Origin: Oscillospiraceae bacterium
GTDB lineage: Bacteria > Bacillota > Clostridia > Oscillospirales > Oscillospiraceae
Reading direction: 5' to 3'
Length of the DNA: 64,000 bases
Assembly (NCBI GenBank): GCA_017409205.1
Contig: JAFQTF010000026.1
Location: forward strand, 1,275-65,274
Positions 40,072 through 50,138 of this stretch are shown here, piece by piece (the stretch's first letter is position 1; every line of letters begins with the position of its first letter). Position numbers and translations under genes: made by a program. The notes beneath the pieces were generated by a model. That model saw nothing but the letters and a program-made list of their open reading frames with translations. It made no database searches and was not told the origin of the DNA.

Positions 40072-40923
40072 CTACATATTGATATTGATCCCAAGTTCTT
40101 TTAGATATTTTACCATCTTACTGTTATCTTTGTCAACATAAGAAAGGGGGCCAAAAATTTTGTGGAGCCATTCCACACTGAGATCCTTCCACTGCGCGAA
40201 GGCCGCGTTCAGATACCGGGTGGAGCCGTCGCAGGTGGTCTCGTTGGCGAGGGAATAGCCATGGGGACCGTGGCCAAAAATATGTACCTCATAGGGGATC
40301 CCCAGCTGGCAGTATCTCTGGGCAATGGGCAGTGCGCCAAAGGTGGTCAACATATCCTGCGCCGTTGCCACGACGAATACAGGCGGCGCCTCCTTCGTGA
40401 TCTGGGGCACCAGATCAAACCGGGCGGCATCCTCGTCCGTCACGGTTTCCTTTCCGGTCAGCAGCTTCAGCATAAAGTCTGCACCGGGGAAATTGGGTGC
40501 AGAGGCAGCGGGATAGCCAAGGATCATGGCATTGGGCTTATTTTCCGCCAGAAGACCGGAGGACAAAGCCAGATGACCGCCGGCAGAGAAGCCGCAGGAA
40601 ACGATCTTATCCGGATCGATATTCCATTCTTCCGCATGTTCCCGGATATAGCCGATGGCCCAGGAGACCTCCTTCAGGGGCTGGAAATCCCCAGCCTCCC
40701 GGCCGGTGGAATAGCGCAGCACGAAGCTGTGGAAGCCCCGGGCCGCATAGCCCATGGCAACCGGCTCCCCTTCCGCCCGGGAACAGTAAACATAGCCGCC
40801 GCCGGGACAAACCAGAATGGCAGGCCGCTTTGTGTTCTGCCCCAGGGTCAGATTGCAGTCGAGAATATAACCATCCAGAGTCGCCATAGCGGAATCAGGA
40901 ACATTTATATGAAAAAAATGCAT
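40072..40923 (-). CDS. Alpha/beta hydrolase (esterase)
   Basis: PGGGY oxyanion motif, GFSAGG nucleophile elbow, Asp and His (GPHG). Confidence 0.88.
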   Translation of the reverse strand: MHFFHINVPDSAMATLDGYILDCNLTLGQNTKRPAILVCPGGGYVYCSRAEGEPVAMGYAARGFHSFVLRYSTGREAGDFQPLKEVSWAIGYIREHAEEWNIDPDKIVSCGFSAGGHLALSSGLLAENKPNAMILGYPAASAPNFPGADFMLKLLTGKETVTDEDAARFDLVPQITKEAPPVFVVATAQDMLTTFGALPIAQRYCQLGIPYEVHIFGHGPHGYSLANETTCDGSTRYLNAAFAQWKDLSVEWLHKIFGPLSYVDKDNSKMVKYLKELGININM

Positions 40924-40939
40924 GATATCTCTCCCCAAC

Positions 40940-41851
40940 TCATTCAGATTCGATTATTCCATATTCTTTTGATAACTTCATCCATGTTGCATTGGTGCTG
41001 ATCATTCTGGTACCATAAAACCAGTTGATTTCATCAAACTGAAGGCACATCGTGTCGTTTTCAAAAAACAAGGTTACATCGGCAGGAATCCAAAGCTCCC
41101 GTCCATACTGCGTTTTTGCCAGATTATTCAGGGAAACAAGCTGATCGCCTTCAAAGACCAGCTGATTCCAGTATGCCTCACCCTGGTAAAACCGGTATTT
41201 TTTTGCGTTTGGATCTGTTTGAATGATGGTTCCCATGCACTGGGCGTCATCATCCGAAACATACAGATCCACTCTCGTTTTCACTTCATCATCGCTGCTC
41301 TGTATTTCCCACGTGCCTTTCAAGAATGCCTTGGTTCTTGTTTTCCCATGATCCTGGCTGTAGGCCTTCAGCAGGGTTTTCAGGCTGCCTGGCTTTACTT
41401 CCTCCGTCACCTGATCCAGAAACAAGAACATGTCATAATCGTAATTATCGCACTGACGGATGATACTGTCTAATGCAACTTCTGCCGGTGCATAGTCCAT
41501 TTCAGCATATTTTAAAAAGATATCCGTATCATACGCTTCTGCAGAACCCTTGAATACCTTTTCCCAGGATTCCATCAGGATTTGTTCGTTATTATAGGAT
41601 TTATCCTTCCCCAAAAGGTCTACAACCCTTTGATAGTCTTCATTTTCGTAGGAAATATATGCCTCTGAAATTGCCTGGATCCGTATCACTTCCGTATCTT
41701 TTACCGTTATTCCGTCCAGTGCTTCCACAACATCTTCATAACGCTTCTGTGCAAACGCTTCTTTTGCGTCTTTTATGTGTTTTGCCGAACAGCCGCACAG
41801 CAATGTGCAGATACTGACCAATACTGCTAGTATTGAAATCCTCCGTTTCAT
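40940..41851 (-). CDS. Hypothetical lipoprotein
   Basis: MKRR...LLCGC lipobox at ATG 41851; no family recognised. Confidence 0.7.
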   Translation of the reverse strand: MKRRISILAVLVSICTLLCGCSAKHIKDAKEAFAQKRYEDVVEALDGITVKDTEVIRIQAISEAYISYENEDYQRVVDLLGKDKSYNNEQILMESWEKVFKGSAEAYDTDIFLKYAEMDYAPAEVALDSIIRQCDNYDYDMFLFLDQVTEEVKPGSLKTLLKAYSQDHGKTRTKAFLKGTWEIQSSDDEVKTRVDLYVSDDDAQCMGTIIQTDPNAKKYRFYQGEAYWNQLVFEGDQLVSLNNLAKTQYGRELWIPADVTLFFENDTMCLQFDEINWFYGTRMISTNATWMKLSKEYGIIESE

Positions 41852-41921
41852 ATTTCCCGTACCGTCCTGTTGTAATTTAGAAAAAGGGCCGCTGAAATCC
41901 AGCAGCCCTTTCCTGTTTTGT

Positions 41922-42773
41922 TTAGCCGCCCAGATTACGCAGGAATTCCTGCTTCTTCTCAGCGCCGTACGCGGCGTACTCGCCGGCCTGGAGTTTGCCG
42001 AAGCCAACGGCAATCGCCTCGTCCCAGCTTTCCTTCTCGTGGTTAACCAGGATGGGGTAATAATGGACACCGTTCTTTTCAGCGGCATCGCAGTCGCCGG
42101 GGGCATCGCCCACCATGACCACCTTGTTCACATCATAGCCGAACTTCAGCATTTCCGCAATGCAGGCAGCCTTGGCGCCCACATCCTGAGCCAGAACGAT
42201 GTCGGTATGCTCCAGCAGACCGAACTTGCCCCACTCTTCCTCAACGGCATCCCGGTTGGCGGAGGAAACCATGGCGACATCTGCAAACTGATGGGCAGCT
42301 GCCAGACCTTCCTTGGCGCCATTGTAGGGCACCTTCAGGCTCTCGTCCAGCTCCACGATGGCAGCATTGACAGCCTTGGACCAGCTCAGCGCCTTCTCCA
42401 GCACCAGTTTGGCATCAGCATCAGTGGCAGCGGCAGCAGCCTTGGCAACGCCGTCATTGCTGAGGGCAGGAGCAGTCTCAGCCCAGTTCACCAGGGCATC
42501 CACACCGGTGATCTTGGTATACTTGCCATCGATCTCCTTCAGCGCCATGGCAAGACCCTTGAAACGGTTGATGCCGCGGGTCATGGAGAACAGATTGATG
42601 ACATTCCAGCGGTCCAGAATCTCATCCTTCCACTCTTCCAGACCCCATTCGGTAACCATGCAGGGGCCGAAGCAATGGAAATGCTTGCAGTTCATGGTGT
42701 CCATGACGCAGCCATCGGAGTCCACACAGACCAGATAATCGTGCTTCCTGACAAAAGTATCAAAAATAGACAT
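41922..42773 (-). CDS. HAD family hydrolase
   Basis: DSDGC motif I, VSS motif II, K, MVGDAPGD motif IV. Confidence 0.9.
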   Translation of the reverse strand: MSIFDTFVRKHDYLVCVDSDGCVMDTMNCKHFHCFGPCMVTEWGLEEWKDEILDRWNVINLFSMTRGINRFKGLAMALKEIDGKYTKITGVDALVNWAETAPALSNDGVAKAAAAATDADAKLVLEKALSWSKAVNAAIVELDESLKVPYNGAKEGLAAAHQFADVAMVSSANRDAVEEEWGKFGLLEHTDIVLAQDVGAKAACIAEMLKFGYDVNKVVMVGDAPGDCDAAEKNGVHYYPILVNHEKESWDEAIAVGFGKLQAGEYAAYGAEKKQEFLRNLGG

Positions 42774-42795
42774 TCTTATTCGTCCTTTACAAAAA

Positions 42796-44580
42796 TTACA
42801 TGTGGGTATCGAACATGCCGCAGTAGGAATCAATGGGATCCTGACCCTTGAAAGCCTCAGGACCGGCCACCAGAGCATCCACCAGAGCTTCCAGAGTATC
42901 ATCATGGGCGTCGTAGGTGTTGATATAGGTGCGCAGCATGGGAGCATCTGCCAGCATGGTGGGCTTGTTCACAGAGATACCGACAACAGGCAGCTCATGA
43001 ACGTACCAGGGGATCTCACCGCCGCCCTTGCTCAGACCGAAGGCAGGATGGCCGTTGGCAACATTGAACAGGGAAATGACCAGATCCATGCCGGAAACGA
43101 AGTCAGCAATGGCATTCTTGCCGGCAAAGTACAGATTCAGGCTGGGCTTCTCACCGGCAGCAATCTGCTTCTTGATCTTGTCCAGGGGGCTTTCATAGAT
43201 GAAGGCCTCGAAGCCCTTGGCGTTCAGCAGGTCAACCAGCTTCTCAGCGGGAGACTTGCGGGATGCGCCGCCGCCCATTGCCATGGCAGCCAGAGCGGCC
43301 ATGGGGCCGTCAGCACCCTTAATATTAACGATCATGATCCGCTTGGTCTTTTCGGGGCTCAGGGGCAGAACGCCTTCATCCTTATACTTGACCAGAGTCA
43401 GAGCATCCTTGGAAATAGCAGCAGAGTAAGATCTGTACTCGGGATTTGCCAGAACAGCAGCCAGCTCCTCATCGGTGGCAGTCAGTTCTTCCACGCTCTT
43501 CTTGTGCATGCCCTTGGCAGCCTTCAGGCCCAGAATACGGGTCAGGGCTTCCACAATACGCTCCTCGCTGATGATACCGGTCTTGTAGGCATTCAGCATG
43601 GTGGCAAAGTCTTCATCGGGATCATTGAAGAACAGGAACATGTCACAGCCGGCGTTGATGGCGGCAGGCAGCATGTCCTTGCGCTTCATACGGTTGGTCA
43701 TACCGACCATGTGGGAAGCATCGGTGACTACCATGCCGTTGAAGCCCAGCTTATTGCGCAGCAGATCGGTCATGATCTCGGGGCACAGAGTTGCGGGCAT
43801 AATGGTATCGGCAGTGATGTCAGGATTGATCTCAGCCATGTACTCGGGCATCAGAATGTGGCCGCCCATGATGGCATCCAGGCCACCGTCGATCAGAGTC
43901 TTGTAGACATGACCGTAGGTTTCCATCCACTTTTCGTAGCCGAAATGGTTGACATTGTTGGACAGATGGGCATCGCGGTAGTCCTGGCCGTTGCCGGGGA
44001 AATGCTTGGCGCAGCAGTAAACGCCTTCAGTCTCATGCAGGCCGTCCATGTAGGCCTTACCCATGGCGGCAACACGGTTGTGATCGTTGCCGAAGGCACG
44101 GGCCAGAGTCTCTTCGCATTCCCAGTTGTAAGTGATATCCACAACGGGAGCAAAGGCCATGTTGCAGCCGGTGGCTGCGATGGTGGCGCCGGAGACCTTA
44201 CCCATGGCTCTTGCATATTCCAGATTGCCGGTAGCGCCGACCTTCAGGCCGACGCCCACATGTGCGCCATCGGGGCAGACACCGTCGCCGCCCTGCTCAG
44301 GATTGCAGGCCACGAAGGCAGGGATCTTGGAATGCTTCTGGATGGCTCTGTTCTGATTCAGAACACGCTGACCGGGCATACCATTGTAACGGCAGCCGCC
44401 CAGATGATAGGTACCCAGAAGATGACCCAGATATTCATCAGAGTCAGACAGGCACAGCTGCCAGAACAGCTGACCCACTTTCTCCTCATCCGTCATGGAT
44501 GCGATGGTGCTTTCCACCCATGCGATGTCCTCATCACCGAGGTTATAGGGCTTTGCTCGTAAATTGACCATTTTGCTCAC
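42796..44580 (-). CDS. Glycoside hydrolase family 3 (NagZ/Nag3-like; possible glycoside phosphorylase)
   Basis: APVVDI, KHFPGNG..D.H, LLRNKLGFNGMVVTDA nucleophile motif; GTG start after AAAGGA; no signal peptide. Confidence 0.9.
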   Translation of the reverse strand: MSKMVNLRAKPYNLGDEDIAWVESTIASMTDEEKVGQLFWQLCLSDSDEYLGHLLGTYHLGGCRYNGMPGQRVLNQNRAIQKHSKIPAFVACNPEQGGDGVCPDGAHVGVGLKVGATGNLEYARAMGKVSGATIAATGCNMAFAPVVDITYNWECEETLARAFGNDHNRVAAMGKAYMDGLHETEGVYCCAKHFPGNGQDYRDAHLSNNVNHFGYEKWMETYGHVYKTLIDGGLDAIMGGHILMPEYMAEINPDITADTIMPATLCPEIMTDLLRNKLGFNGMVVTDASHMVGMTNRMKRKDMLPAAINAGCDMFLFFNDPDEDFATMLNAYKTGIISEERIVEALTRILGLKAAKGMHKKSVEELTATDEELAAVLANPEYRSYSAAISKDALTLVKYKDEGVLPLSPEKTKRIMIVNIKGADGPMAALAAMAMGGGASRKSPAEKLVDLLNAKGFEAFIYESPLDKIKKQIAAGEKPSLNLYFAGKNAIADFVSGMDLVISLFNVANGHPAFGLSKGGGEIPWYVHELPVVGISVNKPTMLADAPMLRTYINTYDAHDDTLEALVDALVAGPEAFKGQDPIDSYCGMFDTHM

Positions 44581-44774
44581 GTTTCCTTTCAAAAATGATA
44601 TATTACTCGATTCACATCATGTGAAGAAAATAATCATAGATACTATAACAGATATTCTCTCCTTTTGCAACACAAAATCGTTCAATTTTAAACATTATTT
44701 GTAAAGCTTGACCAAAGTATTGCGAAAAAACAGATTCTGTGATAATCTGTAGAAAATAAAAAAAGGAGAACGTT

Positions 44775-45416
44775 ATGAGCAGAAAAGCTATTTTATTCGA
44801 TCTGGACGGAACGCTGACCGATTCCGGAGAGGGCATCATCAACTGTGCCATTCTGGCTCTGGAGCATTTTGGTCTGCCCATCCCCTCCCGGGAAGATCTG
44901 CGGGTCTTTGTAGGCCCTCCCCTGCGGGATTCCTTTATTAACCACGGTGTACCGGCCGACAAAGCCGAGGAAGCCATTGCCGTCTACCGCAGCCGGTACA
45001 TTCCCATCGGCAAATTTGAAAATACGCCCTATCCCGGTATTCGGGAACTGCTGGATACCCTTCAGAAAGAAGGGCACAAGCTCTATATCGCCACCTCCAA
45101 GCCGGAAGGTATGTCCAAAGACATTCTGGAACATTTTGGTCTTGCGCAGTATTTCACCCTGATCTGCGGCGCAACTATGGACGCTTCCCGCAGCACCAAG
45201 GAGGATGTGATCGCCTATCTTCTGGAAGCCTCCGGCGAAAGGGAGAATATGATCATGGTGGGCGATACCAAATTTGACATTCTGGGCGCAAAGCATCACG
45301 GCATCCCTGCCATTGGCGTCAGCTGGGGTTACGGAGCGGTTGCGGATATGGTGGAGGCCGGTGCCGCAGCCATCGCCCACAGTGCAGAAGAACTTTTACA
45401 GCTTCTGCGGAAATAA
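44775..45416 (+). CDS. HAD family phosphatase (phosphoglycolate phosphatase-like)
   Basis: FDLDGTLTDS, ATSK, MVGDTKFD. Confidence 0.9.
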   Translation: MSRKAILFDLDGTLTDSGEGIINCAILALEHFGLPIPSREDLRVFVGPPLRDSFINHGVPADKAEEAIAVYRSRYIPIGKFENTPYPGIRELLDTLQKEGHKLYIATSKPEGMSKDILEHFGLAQYFTLICGATMDASRSTKEDVIAYLLEASGERENMIMVGDTKFDILGAKHHGIPAIGVSWGYGAVADMVEAGAAAIAHSAEELLQLLRK

Positions 45417-45472
45417 GTTTGTTTTCCGGAAAGCGGCGTGGATTTTCCCGCCGCTTTTTTCCTGTTTTCGTG

Positions 45473-45501
45473 TTGACAGGGTAATCGGTTTTTGATACTA
45501 T
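45473..45501 (+). promoter_or_regulatory. SigmaA promoter of the pepV operon
   Basis: TTGACA-17-TACTAT with extended -10 TG. Confidence 0.7.
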
Positions 45502-45581
45502 TTTAATGGAATTTTATGCAACTCAAAATTAATTTACTGCTTCCAAATTCAAGGGAACGCAGGTAAATCAGGAGGAAAATT

Positions 45582-46949
45582 ATGGATCTGAATCAGCTCG
45601 TACTGGCAAAGCAGCAGGAGCTTCTGGCCTGTTTGCAGGAAAACCTGCGGATCCCCAGTGTGGAAGGTCCTGCTGAAGAGGGCGCCCCCTACGGCATTCA
45701 TGTCCGGCGCAGTCTGGATCATGTACTGGCAGCTGCCCATCAGCTGGGCTTCAAGACCTGCAATGTTGCGGGTCACATCGGCTGGTGTGAATACGGCGAA
45801 GGCGAAGAAATGGTGGCAGTCCTGGGCCATCTGGATGTGGTTCCCGCCGGTGACGGATGGAGCTTTGATCCCTGGGGCGGCGAAATCAAAGACGATCTGA
45901 TCTTCGGCCGCGGCACCATGGACGACAAAGGGCCCTCCATTGCGGCGCTCTTTGCTCTGGCAGCCCTGCGTGACAGCGGTCTGCCCATCCGCCGCCGGAT
46001 CCGTCTGATCTTCGGCTGCAATGAGGAGACCGGCGCCCAGGATGTGAAGTATTATCTGGATCACGGCGGTGAGATCCCGGTGATGGGCTTTACCCCCGAT
46101 GCAGAATACCCCATCATCAACGGCGAAAAGGGCATCATCAACGCCCATATTTCCCGGGAATACACCCAGAGCGGCCAGCTGAAGCTGAAGTCCATACAGG
46201 GCGGTACCGCCTCCAATGTGGTCCCCGCCTACGCCCGGGCAGAACTGGTCTGCGATCACGCTATGGCTGACGCCATTGCCGCTGCAAAATTTGAAAAAGT
46301 CACCTTCACCCGGACCGATGACGGCGTTCTGGCCGAAGCCGAAGGTATGAATGCCCACGGCAGCATCCCCTGGGTAGGCGAGAATGCCATCGGCCGTCTG
46401 GTGATCGCCCTGAGCCAGCTGCCCTTCGAGGGAGAATTGGGTGAAATCTTCCGGTTCCTGGCAGAAAAGCTGGGTATGGATACCGTGGGCAAGGCTTCCG
46501 GCATCCATCTTTATGATGATGTTTCCGGCGATCTCAGCCTGAACTGGGGTACCCTGCGGGGCGACTCCCATCAGATGGAGCTGGTGGTGAACTACCGCTA
46601 TCCTGTCACCTTTGACTTTGCAGACTGCGGCCCCGCTTTCCAGTCTCTGTTTGAAGATGCCGGCTTTGCCGTACAGCAGTCCCACAAGGAAAAGCTGTAC
46701 ATTCCTGCAGACAGCGAGCTGGTAAAGATCCTGCTGAAGGTCTACCGGGATCATACCGGTCTGGAGGGAAAACCCAAGTCCATCGGTGGCGGTACCTATG
46801 CCAAGTGTCTGCCCAATATTCTGGCCTTCGGCCCCATCTTCCCCGGAGATGTGGCCCGGGAGCACCAGCCGGATGAATTCTTTGAGATCCCCAAGCTTAT
46901 GAAAAATGCCCAGATCATCGCTTCTGCGATGTATGAACTTGCAAAATAA
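45582..46949 (+). CDS. pepV: M20 family dipeptidase PepV
   Basis: GHLDVVP, GRGTMDDKGP, NEE, IGGGTYA, HQPDE. Confidence 0.9.
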   Translation: MDLNQLVLAKQQELLACLQENLRIPSVEGPAEEGAPYGIHVRRSLDHVLAAAHQLGFKTCNVAGHIGWCEYGEGEEMVAVLGHLDVVPAGDGWSFDPWGGEIKDDLIFGRGTMDDKGPSIAALFALAALRDSGLPIRRRIRLIFGCNEETGAQDVKYYLDHGGEIPVMGFTPDAEYPIINGEKGIINAHISREYTQSGQLKLKSIQGGTASNVVPAYARAELVCDHAMADAIAAAKFEKVTFTRTDDGVLAEAEGMNAHGSIPWVGENAIGRLVIALSQLPFEGELGEIFRFLAEKLGMDTVGKASGIHLYDDVSGDLSLNWGTLRGDSHQMELVVNYRYPVTFDFADCGPAFQSLFEDAGFAVQQSHKEKLYIPADSELVKILLKVYRDHTGLEGKPKSIGGGTYAKCLPNILAFGPIFPGDVAREHQPDEFFEIPKLMKNAQIIASAMYELAK

Positions 46950-46964
46950 AAGAAGGTTCGTTTT

Positions 46965-48062
46965 ATGAAAATCACACAAGTGCGTCTGGGCCGGATCTCC
47001 GTGCCTCTGCGCACCCCCTTTAAAACCGCCCTGCGAACAGTCAGCAGTGTGGAAGACGTGATCGTGGAGATCCACACGGATGACGGACGTATCGGCTATG
47101 GCGAAGCACCTCCCACCGGCCCCATCACCGGTGATACAACGCTTGCCATCATCGGCGCCATTCAGGATCACATCGGAAAATCCATCATTGGCATGGATGT
47201 GGACGATTTTGAAGATGTGATGCAGCAGGTGCAGAAATCCATCGTGGGAAATACCAGCGCCAAGGCTGCTGTGGATATGGCCCTGTGGGATCTATACGGT
47301 CAGAAATATGGGATCCCGGTCTATAAGCTGATGGGCGGCGCCCGGAAGAATATCACCACCGACATCACCATTTCCGTCAATGATCCCGAAACCATGGTGA
47401 AAGATTCCCTGATCGCTCTGCAGCGGGGCTATGACTGCCTGAAAATGAAGGTAGGCATCAACCCGGAAATGGATGTGGCCCGGCTGAAGGCTGTCCGGGA
47501 AGCCGTTGGCAACGACATCACAATCCGTATCGACGCCAACCAGGCATGGAATCCCAAACAGGCCGTTAGGATCCTGAACGCCATGCAGGAACAGGGGCTT
47601 CAGATCGAGCTGGTGGAGCAGCCTGTTCCCGCCCACGATCTCGACGGCATGAAATATGTCACCGACCGCAGCTATGTTCCCGTATTGGCAGACGAGAGTC
47701 TCTACTCCCCTGCCGACGCCGCCACCATCCTGCGTATGGGTGCTGCGGATCTGCTGAATATCAAGCTGATGAAGTGCGGCGGACTGTATAATGCCCTGAA
47801 GATCTGCACCATGGCTGAGGTCTATGGTGTGGAATGTATGATCGGCTGTATGCTGGAGGCCAAGATCTCCGTCAATGCCGCCGTCCATCTGGCCTGCGCC
47901 CGAAAGGTCATCACCAAAGTAGACCTGGACGGCCCTGTGCTGTGCAGCGAGGATCCCATCCTTGGCGGCGCAGTCTTCAACGAAAAGGATATTACCGTAT
48001 CCGATGCTCCGGGACTTGGTATTCTGGGCATCGAAAACGGACGGATCACCTATATCAACTAA
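46965..48062 (+). CDS. Dipeptide (L-Ala-D/L-Glu) epimerase, enolase superfamily
   Basis: KMK, RIDANQ, EQP, ADES, NIKLMK, and the DLD motif typical of dipeptide epimerases. Confidence 0.9.
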   Translation: MKITQVRLGRISVPLRTPFKTALRTVSSVEDVIVEIHTDDGRIGYGEAPPTGPITGDTTLAIIGAIQDHIGKSIIGMDVDDFEDVMQQVQKSIVGNTSAKAAVDMALWDLYGQKYGIPVYKLMGGARKNITTDITISVNDPETMVKDSLIALQRGYDCLKMKVGINPEMDVARLKAVREAVGNDITIRIDANQAWNPKQAVRILNAMQEQGLQIELVEQPVPAHDLDGMKYVTDRSYVPVLADESLYSPADAATILRMGAADLLNIKLMKCGGLYNALKICTMAEVYGVECMIGCMLEAKISVNAAVHLACARKVITKVDLDGPVLCSEDPILGGAVFNEKDITVSDAPGLGILGIENGRITYIN

Positions 48063-48082
48063 ATACAGAAAGAAGTAATTTT

Positions 48083-49456
48083 ATGAACATCCATGACACC
48101 ATTCCCTTCATGACAGTGGGCCTGCCCGATGATATCCGCCGCCATCAGCTGGCCGGCAACTTTGCCGAAGCCCTCCGCCTCATCGATCTGCGGCTGAGCC
48201 AGAACAATCTGCCTGACTGCCTGCGCAACTCCCTCATCGCCCACCGGGAAATGATCGACCGTCTGGCCGTGGAATTCCCCTACACCAGAGAAGAAGCTCT
48301 GGCCATCGTTCAGAAGAAGATCCCCGAATTCACTATGGAAGAGCTGCAGGAGCAGATGGATCTGCGGAACGTTCATTACATCTACATGAACGGCGAGATC
48401 CGGATCTTCGGCCGCTTTGACGAAACGCTGTTCTCTGTGGTGGATGAGGTCTACAACCGGGTACCTCCCAAGGATCCCAATGCCCCTGCCCCCATCAATT
48501 ATACTGACCATGCCATGGCCATCATGAAGGAAAAGGGCTCCATGACCAACCGGATCACCGTCCGCCAGACCCTGAAGCTGAAGGATGAGCTGTTCACCCC
48601 CGGTATGTTCCTGCGGGCACACCTGCCTGTGGCTGCCGCTGCAAACCAGCAGTGGGACATTAAGGTGGAAAAGATCTTCCCCGAAGGCGGCATCGTTGCC
48701 TCCGAAAATGCAGAGCAGCGCAATGTCTGCTGGGAGCTCCATCCCCAGGAAAACCCTGAGTTTACTGTGGAATACTCCTACTTCCACAAGGAAGTGTACA
48801 AGGATGCCTACAACGGCAAGGGTATCCCCGGCATCTATGACTTTGATCTGGAAGAGCAGGCTCCCCACATCGTTTTCACCCCCTTCATCCGTATGCTCTG
48901 CGCAGAGCTGACCGCAGGTATCACCGATCCTCTGATGAAAGCACGTGCCTTCTACGACTTCATCACCAAGAACATGAAGTATACCCATGTTCCTGAATAT
49001 TTCGAGCTGGAGACCATCCCTGAGTCCTGCGCCCGGAACTACAATGGCGACTGCGGCGTTTTTGCCCTGCTGTTCATCACCCTGTGCCGCTGCGCCGGTA
49101 TCCCCGCCCGCTGGCAGAGCGGTATGTCCGCCAATCCCAAGTGGGTGCTGTGCCACGACTGGGTAGAGTTCTATGTGGAGCCCTACGGCTGGATGTATGT
49201 GGACGCCTCCTACGGCACCACGGCAAACCGTCTTGGCAAGGAAGAGCGCCGTCAGTTCCTGTTCGGCAATCTGGATCCCTACCGTATGGTGGCCAACCGG
49301 AAGTTCCAGGTGAATTTCGAGATCCCCAAGCAGCACTGGCGCGCCGACCCCTATGACAATCAGACCGGCGAACTGGAGACCACCGACCGTGGTTTCCGCC
49401 CCAACGAACTGATCCGCACCCACATTCCTCTGGCCTGTGAGGAAGTTGAAGCATAA
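48083..49456 (+). CDS. Transglutaminase-like cysteine protease domain protein
   Basis: GDCGVFA (Cys), GIPAR, HDWVEFY (His), W.YVDAS (Asp); no signal peptide. Confidence 0.85.
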   Translation: MNIHDTIPFMTVGLPDDIRRHQLAGNFAEALRLIDLRLSQNNLPDCLRNSLIAHREMIDRLAVEFPYTREEALAIVQKKIPEFTMEELQEQMDLRNVHYIYMNGEIRIFGRFDETLFSVVDEVYNRVPPKDPNAPAPINYTDHAMAIMKEKGSMTNRITVRQTLKLKDELFTPGMFLRAHLPVAAAANQQWDIKVEKIFPEGGIVASENAEQRNVCWELHPQENPEFTVEYSYFHKEVYKDAYNGKGIPGIYDFDLEEQAPHIVFTPFIRMLCAELTAGITDPLMKARAFYDFITKNMKYTHVPEYFELETIPESCARNYNGDCGVFALLFITLCRCAGIPARWQSGMSANPKWVLCHDWVEFYVEPYGWMYVDASYGTTANRLGKEERRQFLFGNLDPYRMVANRKFQVNFEIPKQHWRADPYDNQTGELETTDRGFRPNELIRTHIPLACEEVEA

Positions 49457-49466
49457 TCCCGAACAT

Positions 49467-49502
49467 AAAAAAGAGTGGAACCAAAGGATTCCACTCTTTT
49501 TT
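49467..49502. terminator. Bidirectional intrinsic terminator
   Basis: aaaaaagagtggaa/ttccactctttttt. Confidence 0.82.
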
Positions 49503-49503
49503 C

Positions 49504-50004
49504 TTATGCCATCAGGCTGCTGCGAATATACTGCCGCGCCTGTTCCGGCTCCAGCTCCATGACGACGGACACTTCTCCGGTCAGAAGCTTCTCCGCATCC
49601 CGGAGGAAATTATCATCACACAGATGCACCTTTCTTCCAAGGGCAGCCTGCTGCTTTTTGTGCTGATACAGGGTGTATACCATTGCCGTCAGCTTTTCCG
49701 GATCGCCGCCGGCGATCAGCTCCCGATAGGTCTGCTTCCGGAGATTTTCATCCCGGATCCAGCAATCCTGCCGGATATTTTCCGATTGCAAAAGCGCCTG
49801 CAGTTCCGCTTGGGAAAGCATTTTTCGCAGCTTTCCCACGGCAGCAGGATTATGGGCAGGCACCAGATACCGGGAACCGGGATGCCCAACAGGTTCCAGC
49901 ACCAGATAGGAAATCCGCTTTCCGTCTATCACCTTTTCTTCCAGATCCGTTACATCGCAAACGCCGTGAATTCCGTACACAACACTGTCTCCTGCCTGAT
50001 ACAT
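49504..50004 (-). CDS. CarD family transcriptional regulator
   Basis: GDSVVYGIHGVC.V N-terminal CarD/TRCF pattern. Confidence 0.87.
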   Translation of the reverse strand: MYQAGDSVVYGIHGVCDVTDLEEKVIDGKRISYLVLEPVGHPGSRYLVPAHNPAAVGKLRKMLSQAELQALLQSENIRQDCWIRDENLRKQTYRELIAGGDPEKLTAMVYTLYQHKKQQAALGRKVHLCDDNFLRDAEKLLTGEVSVVMELEPEQARQYIRSSLMA

Positions 50005-50138
50005 AACATTCTCCCCTATGAAATATAGTATTTTCCGAAATATCGTTATGATTATATCACAAATCAAGCCATATTTCATGTAGGAAAAATGCCGAAAAAA
50101 GCCCTTGTTTCATGGCTGTTCCTGCGCAGACACTGCTT

